Shown: positions 17,129 to 26,112, counted from the first letter of the stretch. The stretch: 64,000 bases of DNA from a bacterium (GCA_016712675.1 JADJQR010000011.1:67946-131945), one strand, 5' to 3'. The notes: generated by a model not told the origin, from the sequence alone. A program made the numbers and translations.

Positions 17129-18895
17129 CTACGCCGCCCGCGTCAACCGGCGCTCCAGCAGGCCGAACAGCGCCGGCGCCAGCTCCTCGATGGCCCCGAT
17201 CGCCGCCGCGTCCCGCGCGCCGAACACCTCGCGCACCGCGTCCAGGCTCTGGCCGATGCCGAGCCCCATCACCTCGATGCCGCCGGCGCGGCAGCGGGCG
17301 AGGAGGTCGCGGGCGGCCTCGACGCTGCACGGCCGGCCGTCGGTGGCGACCACCAGCAACCGCCGGGGCTCCGGCCGGCGCAGCAGCTCGTAGGCCGCCC
17401 GCCACAGGGCGTCGGCCAGGGGCGTGCCCCCGTGAGCCGACAGCGCGAAGCGGCCGGCCACCCGCGCCGCCCGCGCGGCGAACGGCTTGAGGGGAACGAT
17501 CTCGCCGTCGCGCCCGCCCGGAAACGCCGCCGCCCAACACGCCACGTCCGGCACCGTCTCCAGCGCCAGCGCGGTGGCGAGCACCGCGCGCGCCGCCAGG
17601 CCGATCACGGGCGACATCGACCCGCTGCGATCCAGCAGCAGGCCCACGGCCGTGCGCGGCGCGGCGCGGGCCTCGCGCGCGCAAAAGCGCACGGGTTGCC
17701 CGGCGCAAGGCCGGTGGAGGCTGCGGGTGTCTGGCCGGCGACCGCGCCGGCCGCACCGCCGGTCGTCCTCCGCGCTCGCCTGCACCAGCGCGCCCAGCCG
17801 GCGGCGCAGCGCCGCCGTGGCCGCGCGCGCCGCCGCCGCCGCCGCCGCGCTCCCGCGCTCGGGCGGCGGTTTGCCGTATTCGGCCAATCGAGCCCGCGCC
17901 GGCCCGCCGCGCCGCGCCGCGGCGGTCACGCGCGCGCTCGCGCGCTCGCCGACGCCTTCGAAGCCGCCGGGCGCGTCGGGCTCCGCCAGCATCGCCGCCA
18001 GAGCGGCGCGCCGGGCATCGAGACCCTGAGACGCCGCGCCCGCGCCCGCACCGGGCGAACCGGCACCCCCATCCGAGGATGCCGCGCCCGAATCGGGACC
18101 CCCGGTGCCCGAGGGACCACCGGCACCCGCACCGGGCGAACCGGCACCCCCATCCGAGGATGCCGCGCCCGAATCGGGACCCCCGGTGCCCGAGGGACCA
18201 CCGGCACCCGCACCGGGCGAACCGGCACCCCCATCCGAGGGCGCCGCGCCCGCACCCCCATTCCCGTCCGGGGGCGGGCTCGCTTCCTCCTCCAGCAGGG
18301 CGACCATGCGCCCGGCGAGCGCCACCGCCTCGCCGGTCGAGGTGGCGTGGCGCACCTCGAACGCCAGCGCCAGCAGTTTCGCCACGGCGCCCGGCGGCAG
18401 CGCGGCGTCCAGCCGCGCCTCCAGCGCGTCCGCCGCGGGCGACAGGGCACCCTGGCCCGACAGGCGCGCCCGCAGCAGGCAATCGACCGCCCGCACCACC
18501 TGCGCCGACAGCGGCGCGCCCGGCGGCGGGAGGCACGGTTCTTGGGCTTCGAGGGCGGCCACCATCGCCGCCAGGTTGTCGCGGCAGCCCGGATAGCGCG
18601 CGCAAAGCGCCCGCTCGACCCGGGCGTCTTCCAGGACGTTGGCCAGCTGGCCGGCCAGGCCGTCGCCTTTCGGGACGCCGAAGTCCGTGAAGCGCACGTG
18701 CGCGGCTTCGTGGTCGATGAAGCCGTTGGCGAGCGCCGCCAGCGCCGCGTCTTCCGCCGGCAGGGCCGGGAGGTGGATCGTGTCGCCGTCGGTCTCGGCC
18801 TCGTCGGTTTGGCCGATCACCACCCGCACGCCGAGGCGGTCGCCGACCGCTTTGGCGATGATCGGCAGCGCGCCGAGCAAGGGGTTCTTCTTCAT
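17129..18895 (-). CDS. CobT-like von Willebrand factor A domain protein
   Basis: The C-terminal vWA has the MIDAS motif LLLDRSGSM...GGTPLADAL...VATDGRP. The N-terminal region (IDHEAAHVRFTD) is like the CobT-like partners of CobS-like ATPases. Confidence 0.8.
   Translation of the reverse strand: MKKNPLLGALPIIAKAVGDRLGVRVVIGQTDEAETDGDTIHLPALPAEDAALAALANGFIDHEAAHVRFTDFGVPKGDGLAGQLANVLEDARVERALCARYPGCRDNLAAMVAALEAQEPCLPPPGAPLSAQVVRAVDCLLRARLSGQGALSPAADALEARLDAALPPGAVAKLLALAFEVRHATSTGEAVALAGRMVALLEEEASPPPDGNGGAGAAPSDGGAGSPGAGAGGPSGTGGPDSGAASSDGGAGSPGAGAGGPSGTGGPDSGAASSDGGAGSPGAGAGAASQGLDARRAALAAMLAEPDAPGGFEGVGERASARVTAAARRGGPARARLAEYGKPPPERGSAAAAAAARAATAALRRRLGALVQASAEDDRRCGRRGRRPDTRSLHRPCAGQPVRFCAREARAAPRTAVGLLLDRSGSMSPVIGLAARAVLATALALETVPDVACWAAAFPGGRDGEIVPLKPFAARAARVAGRFALSAHGGTPLADALWRAAYELLRRPEPRRLLVVATDGRPCSVEAARDLLARCRAGGIEVMGLGIGQSLDAVREVFGARDAAAIGAIEELAPALFGLLERRLTRAA
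18041..18250. repeat. 81-bp in-frame tandem repeat, about 2.5 copies, inside the CobT-like gene
   Basis: Encodes SDGGAGSPGAGAGGPSGTGGPDSGAAS repeated. The units are near-identical at the DNA level. Confidence 0.85.
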
Positions 18896-18965
18896 GGTGC
18901 CTCCTCCAAAAGCGAAGGGACGGCGCCGCCCTTGCCGGGGCGACGCGCGCCCCGAAGGGGATGGG

Positions 18966-20000
18966 TTACGCGAAATACCAGCCCTCGTCCTCGCCCTCGA
19001 CGGTCGCGAGGGTCGCGAGGGTCGCGGGCGCGGGGGGACCGCCCGCCGCCCGTGGCGGGTCGGCCGGGACCGGCGCGGCGACGGCCGCCGGCGCGCGCTC
19101 GGGCGCGCCGTCGAACAGGTCGCCCGGCGGCGTCCAGCCCGCCTCGGTCGCGGCGACGGCGTAGGTCCAGAGACCGTCCGGCCGCGCGGCCAGGCACAGG
19201 AACTGGCGGCAGGCCGCCAGGTGCGCCCCCTCGATCGCGGTCCGGTCGCCGACGCCGGCCAGCAGCCGCTCCAGGTCGGCCACCACCGCCCCGAACCGCC
19301 GATCGACGAACGCCAGGCCGTCCAGCTTGTCCCGGATGGCCCGGAGCGGCCCCAGGGTCTGCCCCGTCACCGCCTCGCGCCCCTCGAACGACTTTTTCAA
19401 CGTCTCCCGGGCGACTTGGCCGACGTCCCGGACGATCTGCCCGCCCAGGCCGCCCAGGGCCCGCGCGAGCCCGCCGTGGTCCGTCACGGCGGGTTCGGGG
19501 GCGCGGACGCGCGCGGCTTGCACCGCGAAGGTCAGCCGGCCGCCGACGTGCTCGACCGGGACCAAGGCGCCCCGGATGATCCCTTGCCACTCGGCGGGCT
19601 GGCGGTCGGCCCACGCGCCGATCTGGGCCTCGTAGTCGGCCAGGAAGGCCGCGCGCGCGACGGCGTAGTCGCCGCCCAGGGCCGAGAGGCCGTCCAGCAG
19701 GTCGCGGGCCTTGGCGTCCGGCACCGCGTACCCGCCCATGAACCGGGTCCCGACCGCCAGGCAGCGGCGGCGGGCGGACCGGCGGATCGAGGTGAAGGCG
19801 CGCAGGCGCTCGGGGTCGACGAGCTGCTTGTCCCCCAGCGACACCAGCGTCTCCGGGGGCAAGCGCGCCCGGTCCAGGCCCAGATCTTCGGGGGTCAGGC
19901 TTTTTTTGCCCGACCAGCAGGTGATGTCGAGGTTGACCAGCACCAGCCGGTCGGCCAGTTCCGCCCACGCGCACGGCGAGGGCAACGTTTGCTTTTGCAC
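18966..20000 (-). CDS. DUF3150 family protein
   Basis: GTG start. LVLVNLDITCWSGKKSLTPEDLGL...LVSLGDKQLVDPERLRAF matches my recollection of DUF3150. It sits in the usual position next to CobS/CobT-like genes. Confidence 0.65.
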   Translation of the reverse strand: MQKQTLPSPCAWAELADRLVLVNLDITCWSGKKSLTPEDLGLDRARLPPETLVSLGDKQLVDPERLRAFTSIRRSARRRCLAVGTRFMGGYAVPDAKARDLLDGLSALGGDYAVARAAFLADYEAQIGAWADRQPAEWQGIIRGALVPVEHVGGRLTFAVQAARVRAPEPAVTDHGGLARALGGLGGQIVRDVGQVARETLKKSFEGREAVTGQTLGPLRAIRDKLDGLAFVDRRFGAVVADLERLLAGVGDRTAIEGAHLAACRQFLCLAARPDGLWTYAVAATEAGWTPPGDLFDGAPERAPAAVAAPVPADPPRAAGGPPAPATLATLATVEGEDEGWYFA

Positions 20001-20078
20001 GGGAATCTCCTCGAAAAGGAGGCGCCCCGGCCCGCCCCGTCCGGGCGGCGCGGCCGGCGGGCGCCCGGACAGAAAACA

Positions 20079-20804
20079 CTAGGAAAAATACCAGCCGTCT
20101 TCGCCGTCGCCGCCTCCGGCGGCGAGCAGCGCGTTCAGGTCCCGGGCCTTCAGGCCCAGGCCCTCCAGGGCGCCCGGCGGCGCCGCCAGCGCCTCGGGCC
20201 AGCCCGCGGGCCGGCCGTCCTCGCCGTAGACCGAGACCTCCGGGCACGCCCGCGCCAGCGCGAGCCAAAAGGCGATCGGGGGCTCGGCGCCGGGCCGGAT
20301 CGGGACGGTCCCGCCCAACAGCCCGCCCGCGAGCGCCGCCCACGTCGCCGGGCCGTCCGCGCCCGGCGGGAGGTCCAGCCGCCAGCCGGCCGCCGCGACC
20401 TTCGCGGCCGCTTCGGCGGCCGCCGCCCCGATGGCCGCCGCGAGGGCCGCCGCGCCGCCCGCGGGTTTCCACCGCCAGTACAGGCACGGCGGACCCGCGG
20501 TCGCCGGCGGCGCCGGCGGCGCGTCCGGCCCGGCCTCGGGGACGAGCGTCCGGCGGTCGTCGGCCAGCGCGTGCTGGCCCAGGTCCCGGTAGCCCTTGAC
20601 GAGCTTCTCGTGGACCCGCGCGTCCCGCTCCCGCACCGGGTCGCCGCCCGCGCATTTCCCGCGCGGCGTGCGCGCCAGGCGCAGCGGTTTCCCGGCCCGG
20701 CCGAAATAGACGTCCAGGCCCTCGGGGTCGGGCGCGACCGGCACCGCCCAGTCCTTGGCGGTGCCGTCGGGGTTTTGGTGGCGGAACAGGCGCACCGCGA
20801 TCAC
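20079..20804 (-). CDS. hypothetical protein with a WGR-like N-terminal domain
   Basis: MIAVRLFRHQNPDGTAKDWAVPV...LDVYFGRAGKPLRL...HEKLVKGY resembles the WGR pattern. Tentative. Confidence 0.45.
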   Translation of the reverse strand: MIAVRLFRHQNPDGTAKDWAVPVAPDPEGLDVYFGRAGKPLRLARTPRGKCAGGDPVRERDARVHEKLVKGYRDLGQHALADDRRTLVPEAGPDAPPAPPATAGPPCLYWRWKPAGGAAALAAAIGAAAAEAAAKVAAAGWRLDLPPGADGPATWAALAGGLLGGTVPIRPGAEPPIAFWLALARACPEVSVYGEDGRPAGWPEALAAPPGALEGLGLKARDLNALLAAGGGDGEDGWYFS

Positions 20805-20805
20805 G

Positions 20806-21759
20806 TCAGGCCCCTCCCCCGCACAGCCGCTGCACGATCCCGTGGATCGCCTCGGCCGTCTCCGGCTCGGCCCGGTTCGTCAGCGCCCGCCGGAGGCTGT
20901 AGTCCAGGGGCTGCGGCGCGCCCCGGAAGCGCTGGGCCAGCAGCGCCCAGCGCAGCAGGGTCCGGGTGGAGAAGGTCACCTCCACCGCCGGCCCCTCGCC
21001 GGCGGCCGCGAACAGCTTGCGGACTTCGCCGGCCACCTCGACCATTTTCTCGACGATCGCGGCCGGCAGGGCGGGCGCGGCCGCGCGCAGGACCTCGATT
21101 TCCCGCGCCGGCGGCGGGTAGTCCACCGCCAGCACCCAGAACCGGTCCATGAGCGCGGCGTTCATGCGCTGGGTCGCCGCGTAGAGGCCGGAACCGTCCC
21201 CCAGCCCCACCGTGTTGGCGGTGCAGAGGATGCCGAAGCCCGGCGCGGGCCAGACGACCTCGCCGCCGTTTTCGGGGATGACGAGCGGCCCGCCCTCCAG
21301 CAGGGTGTTGAGGCCGGCCAGCTCGCCGGGCTCCACCAGGTCGGCCTCGTTCACGAGCAACCACCACCCGTTGCGGGCGGCCGTCGTCAGCGGCCCGTCC
21401 TCGAACAGGACGTCGCCGCCGACGGCGGTGAGGTGGCCGACGAGGTCGGCCGTTTCCAGCCGCCTTTTGCCGTTGACCTGCGCCACGTTGAGGTTCAAGC
21501 GGGCGGCGACCTGGTTGACGAGCGCGGTTTTGCCCGACCCCATGGGGCCGGCCAGCCAGACGCCGTCCCGGTGGGCGCCGGTCAGACGGCCCTGGTGCCA
21601 GCAGAGCAGGTCGGCCGTCAGGTCCTTGTCGAACAGGTAGCGCGGGTCGACCGGCGGGGTCAGAGGCCCCGGCGCGGCGAGCCCGGACGCCTTCGCGTTC
21701 TCCGGCACGGGCAAGGCGAACAGCGCCTTGATCGAGTGCTGCACGAAATTCTGCTGCAT
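20806..21759 (-). CDS. AAA+ ATPase, CobS/MoxR-like
   Basis: Walker A LAGPMGSGKTAL and Walker B WWLLVNEADL. The layout is typical of CobS-like ATPases. Confidence 0.85.
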   Translation of the reverse strand: MQQNFVQHSIKALFALPVPENAKASGLAAPGPLTPPVDPRYLFDKDLTADLLCWHQGRLTGAHRDGVWLAGPMGSGKTALVNQVAARLNLNVAQVNGKRRLETADLVGHLTAVGGDVLFEDGPLTTAARNGWWLLVNEADLVEPGELAGLNTLLEGGPLVIPENGGEVVWPAPGFGILCTANTVGLGDGSGLYAATQRMNAALMDRFWVLAVDYPPPAREIEVLRAAAPALPAAIVEKMVEVAGEVRKLFAAAGEGPAVEVTFSTRTLLRWALLAQRFRGAPQPLDYSLRRALTNRAEPETAEAIHGIVQRLCGGGA

Positions 21760-21777
21760 GGTCGTCTCCTTTCAACG

Positions 21778-21821
21778 AAAAAAGGGGACATGCCGCCCCC
21801 CTCGGGGCGCGGCGCGTCCCC
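21778..21821 (-). terminator. GC hairpin plus T6 (minus strand) directly upstream of the SD of the AAA+ ATPase gene
   Basis: Minus strand: GGGGACGCGCCGCGCC...GGCGGCATGTCCCC-TTTTTT, then GGAGA and ATG. Confidence 0.5.
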
Positions 21822-21828
21822 GGGGGGG

Positions 21829-22239
21829 TCAACGTCCGGCGGCACCCGCCGGGTGGCGGGCCGCCAGGACTTTCGAATGGGCCCGCCGCACCGCGTGCCG
21901 GAACGCCGGCAGGTCGATGCGCGGGTCGTACAGGTTCAGGCACGCCTGCGCGCTGAACGCCGCCGGCGATGCCGCCGCCGGCGCCTCCAGCCAGGCGAGG
22001 ATGTCGTCCCGCTCCTCCGGCTCGGTGTGCGCCGAGGCCAGCAGGCGCAGGTTGCGGACCAGCACCCACACGTGCAGGTCCGACCAGGCGTCGGCCATCG
22101 TGGCCAGGTCGCCCACGTAGCCCCGGTACTGGGCCTGGGGCGCGACCGAAACCGGCGGCTTGACGGTGGCCGGGCGGGCCGGGCGGGCCGCGCGCGGCGG
22201 CGGGTCCGGCAAGCCTTCGAACAAGGCGAACTGAAACAT
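21829..22239 (-). CDS. hypothetical protein
   Basis: Internal ATG (MFQFALFEGLPDPP...) preceded by GTGGAGGG and T6. Confidence 0.45.
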   Translation of the reverse strand: MFQFALFEGLPDPPPRAARPARPATVKPPVSVAPQAQYRGYVGDLATMADAWSDLHVWVLVRNLRLLASAHTEPEERDDILAWLEAPAAASPAAFSAQACLNLYDPRIDLPAFRHAVRRAHSKVLAARHPAGAAGR

Positions 22240-22251
22240 GGCGCCCTCCAC

Positions 22252-22280
22252 AAAAAACCGGGGCGCGCCGCGCCCCCGGC
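22252..22280 (-). terminator. GC hairpin plus T6 (minus strand) upstream of the SD of the 21829..22239 ORF
   Basis: Minus strand: CCGGGGGCGCGGCGCGCCCCGG-TTTTTT-GTGGAGGG-N5-ATG. Confidence 0.45.
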
Positions 22281-22360
22281 CGGGGGCGGGCACCGCCCCG
22301 GCGGGGTTGCGTTCAAAACCGTCGTGTCATGCTGGCCCTTCACCCATCACGGAGACCGGC

Positions 22361-22490
22361 ATGAACGCGACCGCGACCGCGCGGCCGGCGGCGGACGGGG
22401 AAACCCCGCTCGCCCTCGACCGCTATCTGCTGCTGGACCCGGCCGCCCCTCGGGGACGCGGAACGTCCCCGGCAGGGGTTTTAAAACGTC
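22361..22490 (+). pseudogene. probable remnant of the YFLLDP small-protein family (P1)
   Basis: Only LDRYLLLDPAAP and the conserved upstream cassette are retained. The rest of the track ORF runs antisense into the SH3 lipoprotein gene. Confidence 0.3.
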
Positions 22491-22493
22491 GGA

Positions 22494-22850
22494 TCAGGGC
22501 TGCGCGAACAGACCCCGATCATCTTTTCCGTCGGCCCGGAGATCGCGGGAGCGGACATACCCGCTCTCCGGCCCGACCCGGACCGCCCGCCAGGCGCCGA
22601 CCGACCCCAGGGGGGTCACCGCCTCGCCCGGCAGGAGGTCGCGGATCGCGGCGTGCCCCGTGCCGGGGCCGGCCCGAAGCTTGACGGCGGCGCCGGCTTT
22701 CGCCGGGCGCACGACCCACGCCGGCGCGGGCCGCAGCCAGCCGGAGCGCTGGAGCCGGGCCGACACCCGCTCGTCCAGCACCCGGACCGTCTGGCAGCCG
22801 CCGAGACCGAGCACCGTCAAAAAAATCCAGACTTTTTTCAGAGGCTTCAT
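22494..22850 (-). CDS. SH3-domain lipoprotein
   Basis: MKPLKKVWIFLTVLGLGGC lipobox, then an SH3b-like ...VKLRAGPGTGHAAIRDLLPGEAVTPLGSVGAWRAVRV..GYVRSRDL. Confidence 0.6.
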   Translation of the reverse strand: MKPLKKVWIFLTVLGLGGCQTVRVLDERVSARLQRSGWLRPAPAWVVRPAKAGAAVKLRAGPGTGHAAIRDLLPGEAVTPLGSVGAWRAVRVGPESGYVRSRDLRADGKDDRGLFAQP

Positions 22851-22924
22851 TCGCGTATCTCCCATAAATGGGGACACGCCGCCCCCGGTCGGGGACGGTC
22901 GCGTCCCCGGTCGAGGGTCAAAGG

Positions 22925-23392
22925 TCAAGCCGCCGCCGGGCGATCGGCGAACGGCCGGTACGGCGCGGTGGTCCAGGGGCTGGCCCGCACCCGCAGGGGG
23001 TAGCGGAGCAGGAGCCGCAGGAACACCGCCCTGGCGGCGCGAGGGAGGTTGGCCACCGCCAGCGGGTGCGGCCCGCCGGCCTCGCCAAATCCCTCGCGCG
23101 GCGCCACCGAGAGGCAAAAATCGCCCTCCCACCAGGTGACGCCAATCTCGAATAGCCGGCTCTCGGCGATGGCCGCCGAACCCCGGCCGCGGTGGCGCTC
23201 CACCGCCCGGTAAGCGGGCGGCAGGCGCGCGCGCACGTCCTCGACGAAGTCCCGGTAACGCGACCGGAACTCATCCGGCGCGCCGATCTCCGCGGACCCG
23301 AACGGGCTCGCGGGGTCGAACTCGCCGTAAACGGCCTCCGAACCGACGAGGACCGTCTCGGCGCCCTTCATGACAAAAACGCCTTTTCCCAT
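22925..23392 (-). CDS. hypothetical protein
   Basis: ATG at 23392 lies 6 nt after GGAGG. Composition is mixed. Confidence 0.4.
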   Translation of the reverse strand: MGKGVFVMKGAETVLVGSEAVYGEFDPASPFGSAEIGAPDEFRSRYRDFVEDVRARLPPAYRAVERHRGRGSAAIAESRLFEIGVTWWEGDFCLSVAPREGFGEAGGPHPLAVANLPRAARAVFLRLLLRYPLRVRASPWTTAPYRPFADRPAAA

Positions 23393-23489
23393 CACGCACC
23401 TCCCGCTGAACCGGCCGGAGGCGCGCGACCCCGGCGGGGAGGCGCGCTCCCCGGCCGGGACCGACGAAAAAACGGACGGCCCAAACCGC

Positions 23490-24365
23490 TCACGCGGCGC
23501 GGGCCGCGCCCGGCTCGGCCTCGGGGACGATCAACCCCTCGGCGTCCCCGGCCCGGCAGTAGCCTTCCACGGCGCACAGCCCGCAGGGCGAGTTGTGCGC
23601 CATGAGCGACCGCCGGGGGAATCGCCCCCGGCGCAGGTCCCCGGCGATGCCGCGCAGCTTCGCCAGGTACTCGCCCACCGCCTCGGGCGAGCGCCGGTCC
23701 ACCGAGACCGGCGCGCGCACCTCGGGGCCTTGGCCTTTCGGGGTGACCTTGCGCTTGACCAGCTCCAGCAGCCCCAGCCGCTCGACCCGGGGAAGCCCCA
23801 GGCGCTCGGCGTGGGCGTCCAGCAGGACCTGGTAGGCGGTGAGCTGGTCGGCGAGGGCCAGCCACGCGGGGTCGGCCGGCGCGGCGGGGGTTTTGAGGTC
23901 CAGCACCTCCAGCCGCCCTTCCGGGTCGAACACGACCAGGTCGGGCTTGCCGACGACCACCAGGTCCGGGCCGACCCGCGCTTCGAGCTTGCGCTCGATC
24001 AGCGGCTCGCCGTGCCGGTCGAGGGCCGGGAGCCGCCCGAAGCCGGGCCAGCGCTCGGCGAACCGCGCGGCCAGCGCCCGCCCGGTCGCCCCGAGCGTTT
24101 CCGGCGACTGGGAGGCCGAGTACTCGACGCCCTCGGCCTCCCGCGCCGCCCGCCACTCCCGGTCGAACATCGCGGCCGGGTCGAACGGCTTTCCGGCCAT
24201 CCAGCCCTTGATCCACTCTTCCACCACGAGGTGGAGCACCCCGCCGAAGGCCAGGTTGGCGGGGCGGTGCGCCGGGCGAATCTTGCGCACATCCTCCAAC
24301 AGGTACTGCCGGGGGCAGGTCTCGTACTTGAGCGCCCCGGTCGGGGACAGGCGCGCGGGCTTCAC
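23490..24365 (-). CDS. PD-(D/E)XK nuclease, Cas4/RecB-like, with a C-terminal Cys cluster
   Basis: N-terminal YETCPRQYLL. Core GKPDLVVFDPEGRLEVLDLKT (D...E-x-K) and QLTAYQVLL (QxxxY). C-terminal SPCGLCAVEGYC. The GTG start overlaps the upstream stop (GTGA). Confidence 0.7.
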   Translation of the reverse strand: MKPARLSPTGALKYETCPRQYLLEDVRKIRPAHRPANLAFGGVLHLVVEEWIKGWMAGKPFDPAAMFDREWRAAREAEGVEYSASQSPETLGATGRALAARFAERWPGFGRLPALDRHGEPLIERKLEARVGPDLVVVGKPDLVVFDPEGRLEVLDLKTPAAPADPAWLALADQLTAYQVLLDAHAERLGLPRVERLGLLELVKRKVTPKGQGPEVRAPVSVDRRSPEAVGEYLAKLRGIAGDLRRGRFPRRSLMAHNSPCGLCAVEGYCRAGDAEGLIVPEAEPGAARAA

Positions 24366-24820
24366 GGCGAGGCTCGCGCCGGCGCGAGCCCGAGCGGTTT
24401 CCCGCCCGGCCCCGCCGGCAGCGTCACCCGCACGCCCGGCGGGGCCGCCGGCAAGCGCGGGGCCGGGGCCGGCGCCCCGGCGCCCGGCGCGGCCGTTTCG
24501 CGCGCGGCGAGCGCGCGGGCTTGCGCCAGGCACGCCTCGCTCTCGCCGGCGTAGCGGGCGACGGCGTCCTCGTAGGTCTCCTCGCCCAAGTCGATCCAGC
24601 TGCGGATCTTGCTTTTGAACATCACCGCCACCCGGACCGGGGGCCGGTCCAGCGGCGGGAGCGCCGCCGAGAACTCCCAGACCTGCACCCGGCAGGTCGG
24701 GAACGCGAACGCCGCCCAGCGGGTGACGGTCATCCCGCTTCCCGCGCGGCGGGCGATCCCCATGACCGCCTCGATCGGCGAAACGTGCAGCTCGCCGAGG
24801 GCTTGCGAAACCGGTTTCAT
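24362..24820 (-). CDS. hypothetical protein
   Basis: 152 aa. The ATG is preceded by GAGAGGAGA and T7. It is coupled to the nuclease gene. Confidence 0.5.
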   Translation of the reverse strand: MKPVSQALGELHVSPIEAVMGIARRAGSGMTVTRWAAFAFPTCRVQVWEFSAALPPLDRPPVRVAVMFKSKIRSWIDLGEETYEDAVARYAGESEACLAQARALAARETAAPGAGAPAPAPRLPAAPPGVRVTLPAGPGGKPLGLAPARASP

Positions 24821-24834
24821 GGTCGTCTCCTCTC

Positions 24835-24879
24835 AAAAAAAGGGGACGCGCCATTCCCCCAAGGGACGGCGGCGTCCCC
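24835..24879 (-). terminator. GC hairpin plus T7 (minus strand) directly upstream of the SD of the 24362..24820 ORF
   Basis: Minus strand: GGGGACGCCGCC...GGCGCGTCCCC-TTTTTTT-GAGAGGAGACGACC-ATG. Confidence 0.5.
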
Positions 24880-24942
24880 GTGGGGTGGTCGAAAATCGGA
24901 ACGTGCTATGCTGGCGCCATCTCCATCACGGGAAATGACGCC

Positions 24943-25323
24943 ATGCGCGAGCACGACGACGAGAGCGCCCCGGAGGGCGCGGGCGGTCCGGGCGATGCGG
25001 ACGAGCCGTTTTACCGGCTGGACGCCGGCGGCCGCCTGACCTGGACCGAAGAAGGGCTGCGCACCTACCGCCGCCGCTTCGCCCGGTTCGGCGTCCGCAT
25101 CGAGGCCGTCGAGACCTTCGATCAGTACCGGACGGCGATGCGGCTTTCGGCCGGCGTCTTCGCGCAAGACACCCTGGAACAGCTGGCCGAGCGCGCCCGG
25201 GGGAAACCCTGGCGCGAGCTGGCGGAAGCGGCGTTCGCCGGCGACGCCGAGGCGATCGCGCGGGCGCGGCGGCGGCTTGAAGCGCGCGGGCGACTCAAGG
25301 TCGTGTCGGGGTCAAACGGGTGA
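24943..25323 (+). CDS. small protein of the YFLLDP paralog family (P2)
   Basis: MREHDDESAP...FYRLDAGGRLTWTEEGLRTYRRRFARFGVRIEAVET aligns with P3 and P4. The conserved upstream cassette is present. Confidence 0.5.
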   Translation: MREHDDESAPEGAGGPGDADEPFYRLDAGGRLTWTEEGLRTYRRRFARFGVRIEAVETFDQYRTAMRLSAGVFAQDTLEQLAERARGKPWRELAEAAFAGDAEAIARARRRLEARGRLKVVSGSNG

Positions 25324-25498
25324 GCAATTCCTCGTCGACCTTCGCCGTGAGCCACCGGAGCGTTTTTTGGAACTCCCGATCCGGCGTCTCCTGCGCGAGC
25401 TGCCACAACAGGGTGCGACGCTCGCGCAATTCGCTCTCGGTCGCCCGTTCCAGAAAGGCGAAAAACTGCTTCAGGTAGTCGTTTGAAAGCAAGGGCAT
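25295..25498 (-). CDS. hypothetical small protein
   Basis: 67 aa with non-skewed composition (MPLLSNDYLKQFFAFLERATESELRERRTLLWQL). Preceded by GAGAGGAGA and T7. Confidence 0.45.
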   Translation of the reverse strand: MPLLSNDYLKQFFAFLERATESELRERRTLLWQLAQETPDREFQKTLRWLTAKVDEELLTRLTPTRP

Positions 25499-25512
25499 GA
25501 TCGTCTCCTCTC

Positions 25513-25559
25513 AAAAAAAGGGGACGCGCCGCACCCGCGCGGGGGCGGCGGCGTCCCCG
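25513..25559 (-). terminator. GC hairpin plus T7 (minus strand) directly upstream of the SD of the 25295..25498 ORF
   Basis: Near-identical copy of the 24835-24879 element. Confidence 0.5.
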
Positions 25560-25621
25560 TGGGGTGGTCGAAAATGGGAACGTGCTATGCTGGCGCCATC
25601 CCCCATTTCGAGGAGGCCGCC

Positions 25622-25936
25622 ATGCGCGAGCACGACGATGACAGCGCCCCGGCGGGCGCGAACGGGCCGGACGGGCCGTTTTGCCGGCCAGCGACTTACT
25701 TCCTGCTCGATCCCGCCAGCGGCCGGCTGCGGTTCACCGCCGCCGGACGCCGGGTTTTAGGCCCGCGCTTCGCCCGCGCCGGGATCGACTTGCGGGCCTT
25801 GAAAACGCTGGCGCAAGCCCGCGCCGCCGCCGCCGAGGTCGCCCACCGGGAGCTGCGGGCGCTGGCGTCGGAGCTGAAAGGCCGCGACCCGGCGCTCGAC
25901 GCCGCGATGGCCGAGCTGCCGGAGTGGGGGGATTAG
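25622..25936 (+). CDS. small protein of the YFLLDP paralog family (P3)
   Basis: MREHDDDSAP...ATYFLLDPASGRLRFTAAGRRVLGPRFARAGIDLRALKT. GAGGAGG RBS. Confidence 0.5.
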   Translation: MREHDDDSAPAGANGPDGPFCRPATYFLLDPASGRLRFTAAGRRVLGPRFARAGIDLRALKTLAQARAAAAEVAHRELRALASELKGRDPALDAAMAELPEWGD

Positions 25937-26112
25937 CGCTCGCCGAACAGCTCGCGCAGCGCGATCGCCTCCCGCACTTTTTGCAGGGCGATCAAGGCGT
26001 TGGTGCCGGTTAACAGGCCGGCGTCCACCATCGTGTCCAACCGCTCCTCAATGGCTCTGAGCTGTTCGAGCGCGGCGGTTTCGCAAAACTTCTCGATCTT
26101 CCACAATTCCAT
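25933..26112 (-). CDS. hypothetical small protein
   Basis: 59 aa, MELWKIEKFCETAALEQLRAIEERLDTMVDAGLL. GAGGAGGA RBS. Confidence 0.4.
   Translation of the reverse strand: MELWKIEKFCETAALEQLRAIEERLDTMVDAGLLTGTNALIALQKVREAIALRELFGER

Noticed and set aside
16319-19579. Very long ORFs in the track. Examples: 16319..19579 + (1086 aa), 3785..5950 -, 4045..6360 +, 13915..16257 +, 18639..21152 +, 20755..23139 +, 29367..31199 -, 29690..31921 +, 59296..61143 -, 59502..61085 +.
   Set aside because: They are extremely Arg/Pro/Gly/Ala-rich. They lie antisense to, or out of frame with, ORFs that carry clear family motifs. They lack RBS or start context. Stop-free runs of this kind are expected in ~70% GC DNA.
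24895-24915. Possible sigma-54 promoter (GGAACG-N-TGCT) in the conserved P-gene cassette.
   Set aside because: The GG-to-GC spacing is off by one from the TGGCAC-N5-TTGC consensus in every copy. I kept it only as an unspecified conserved upstream element.
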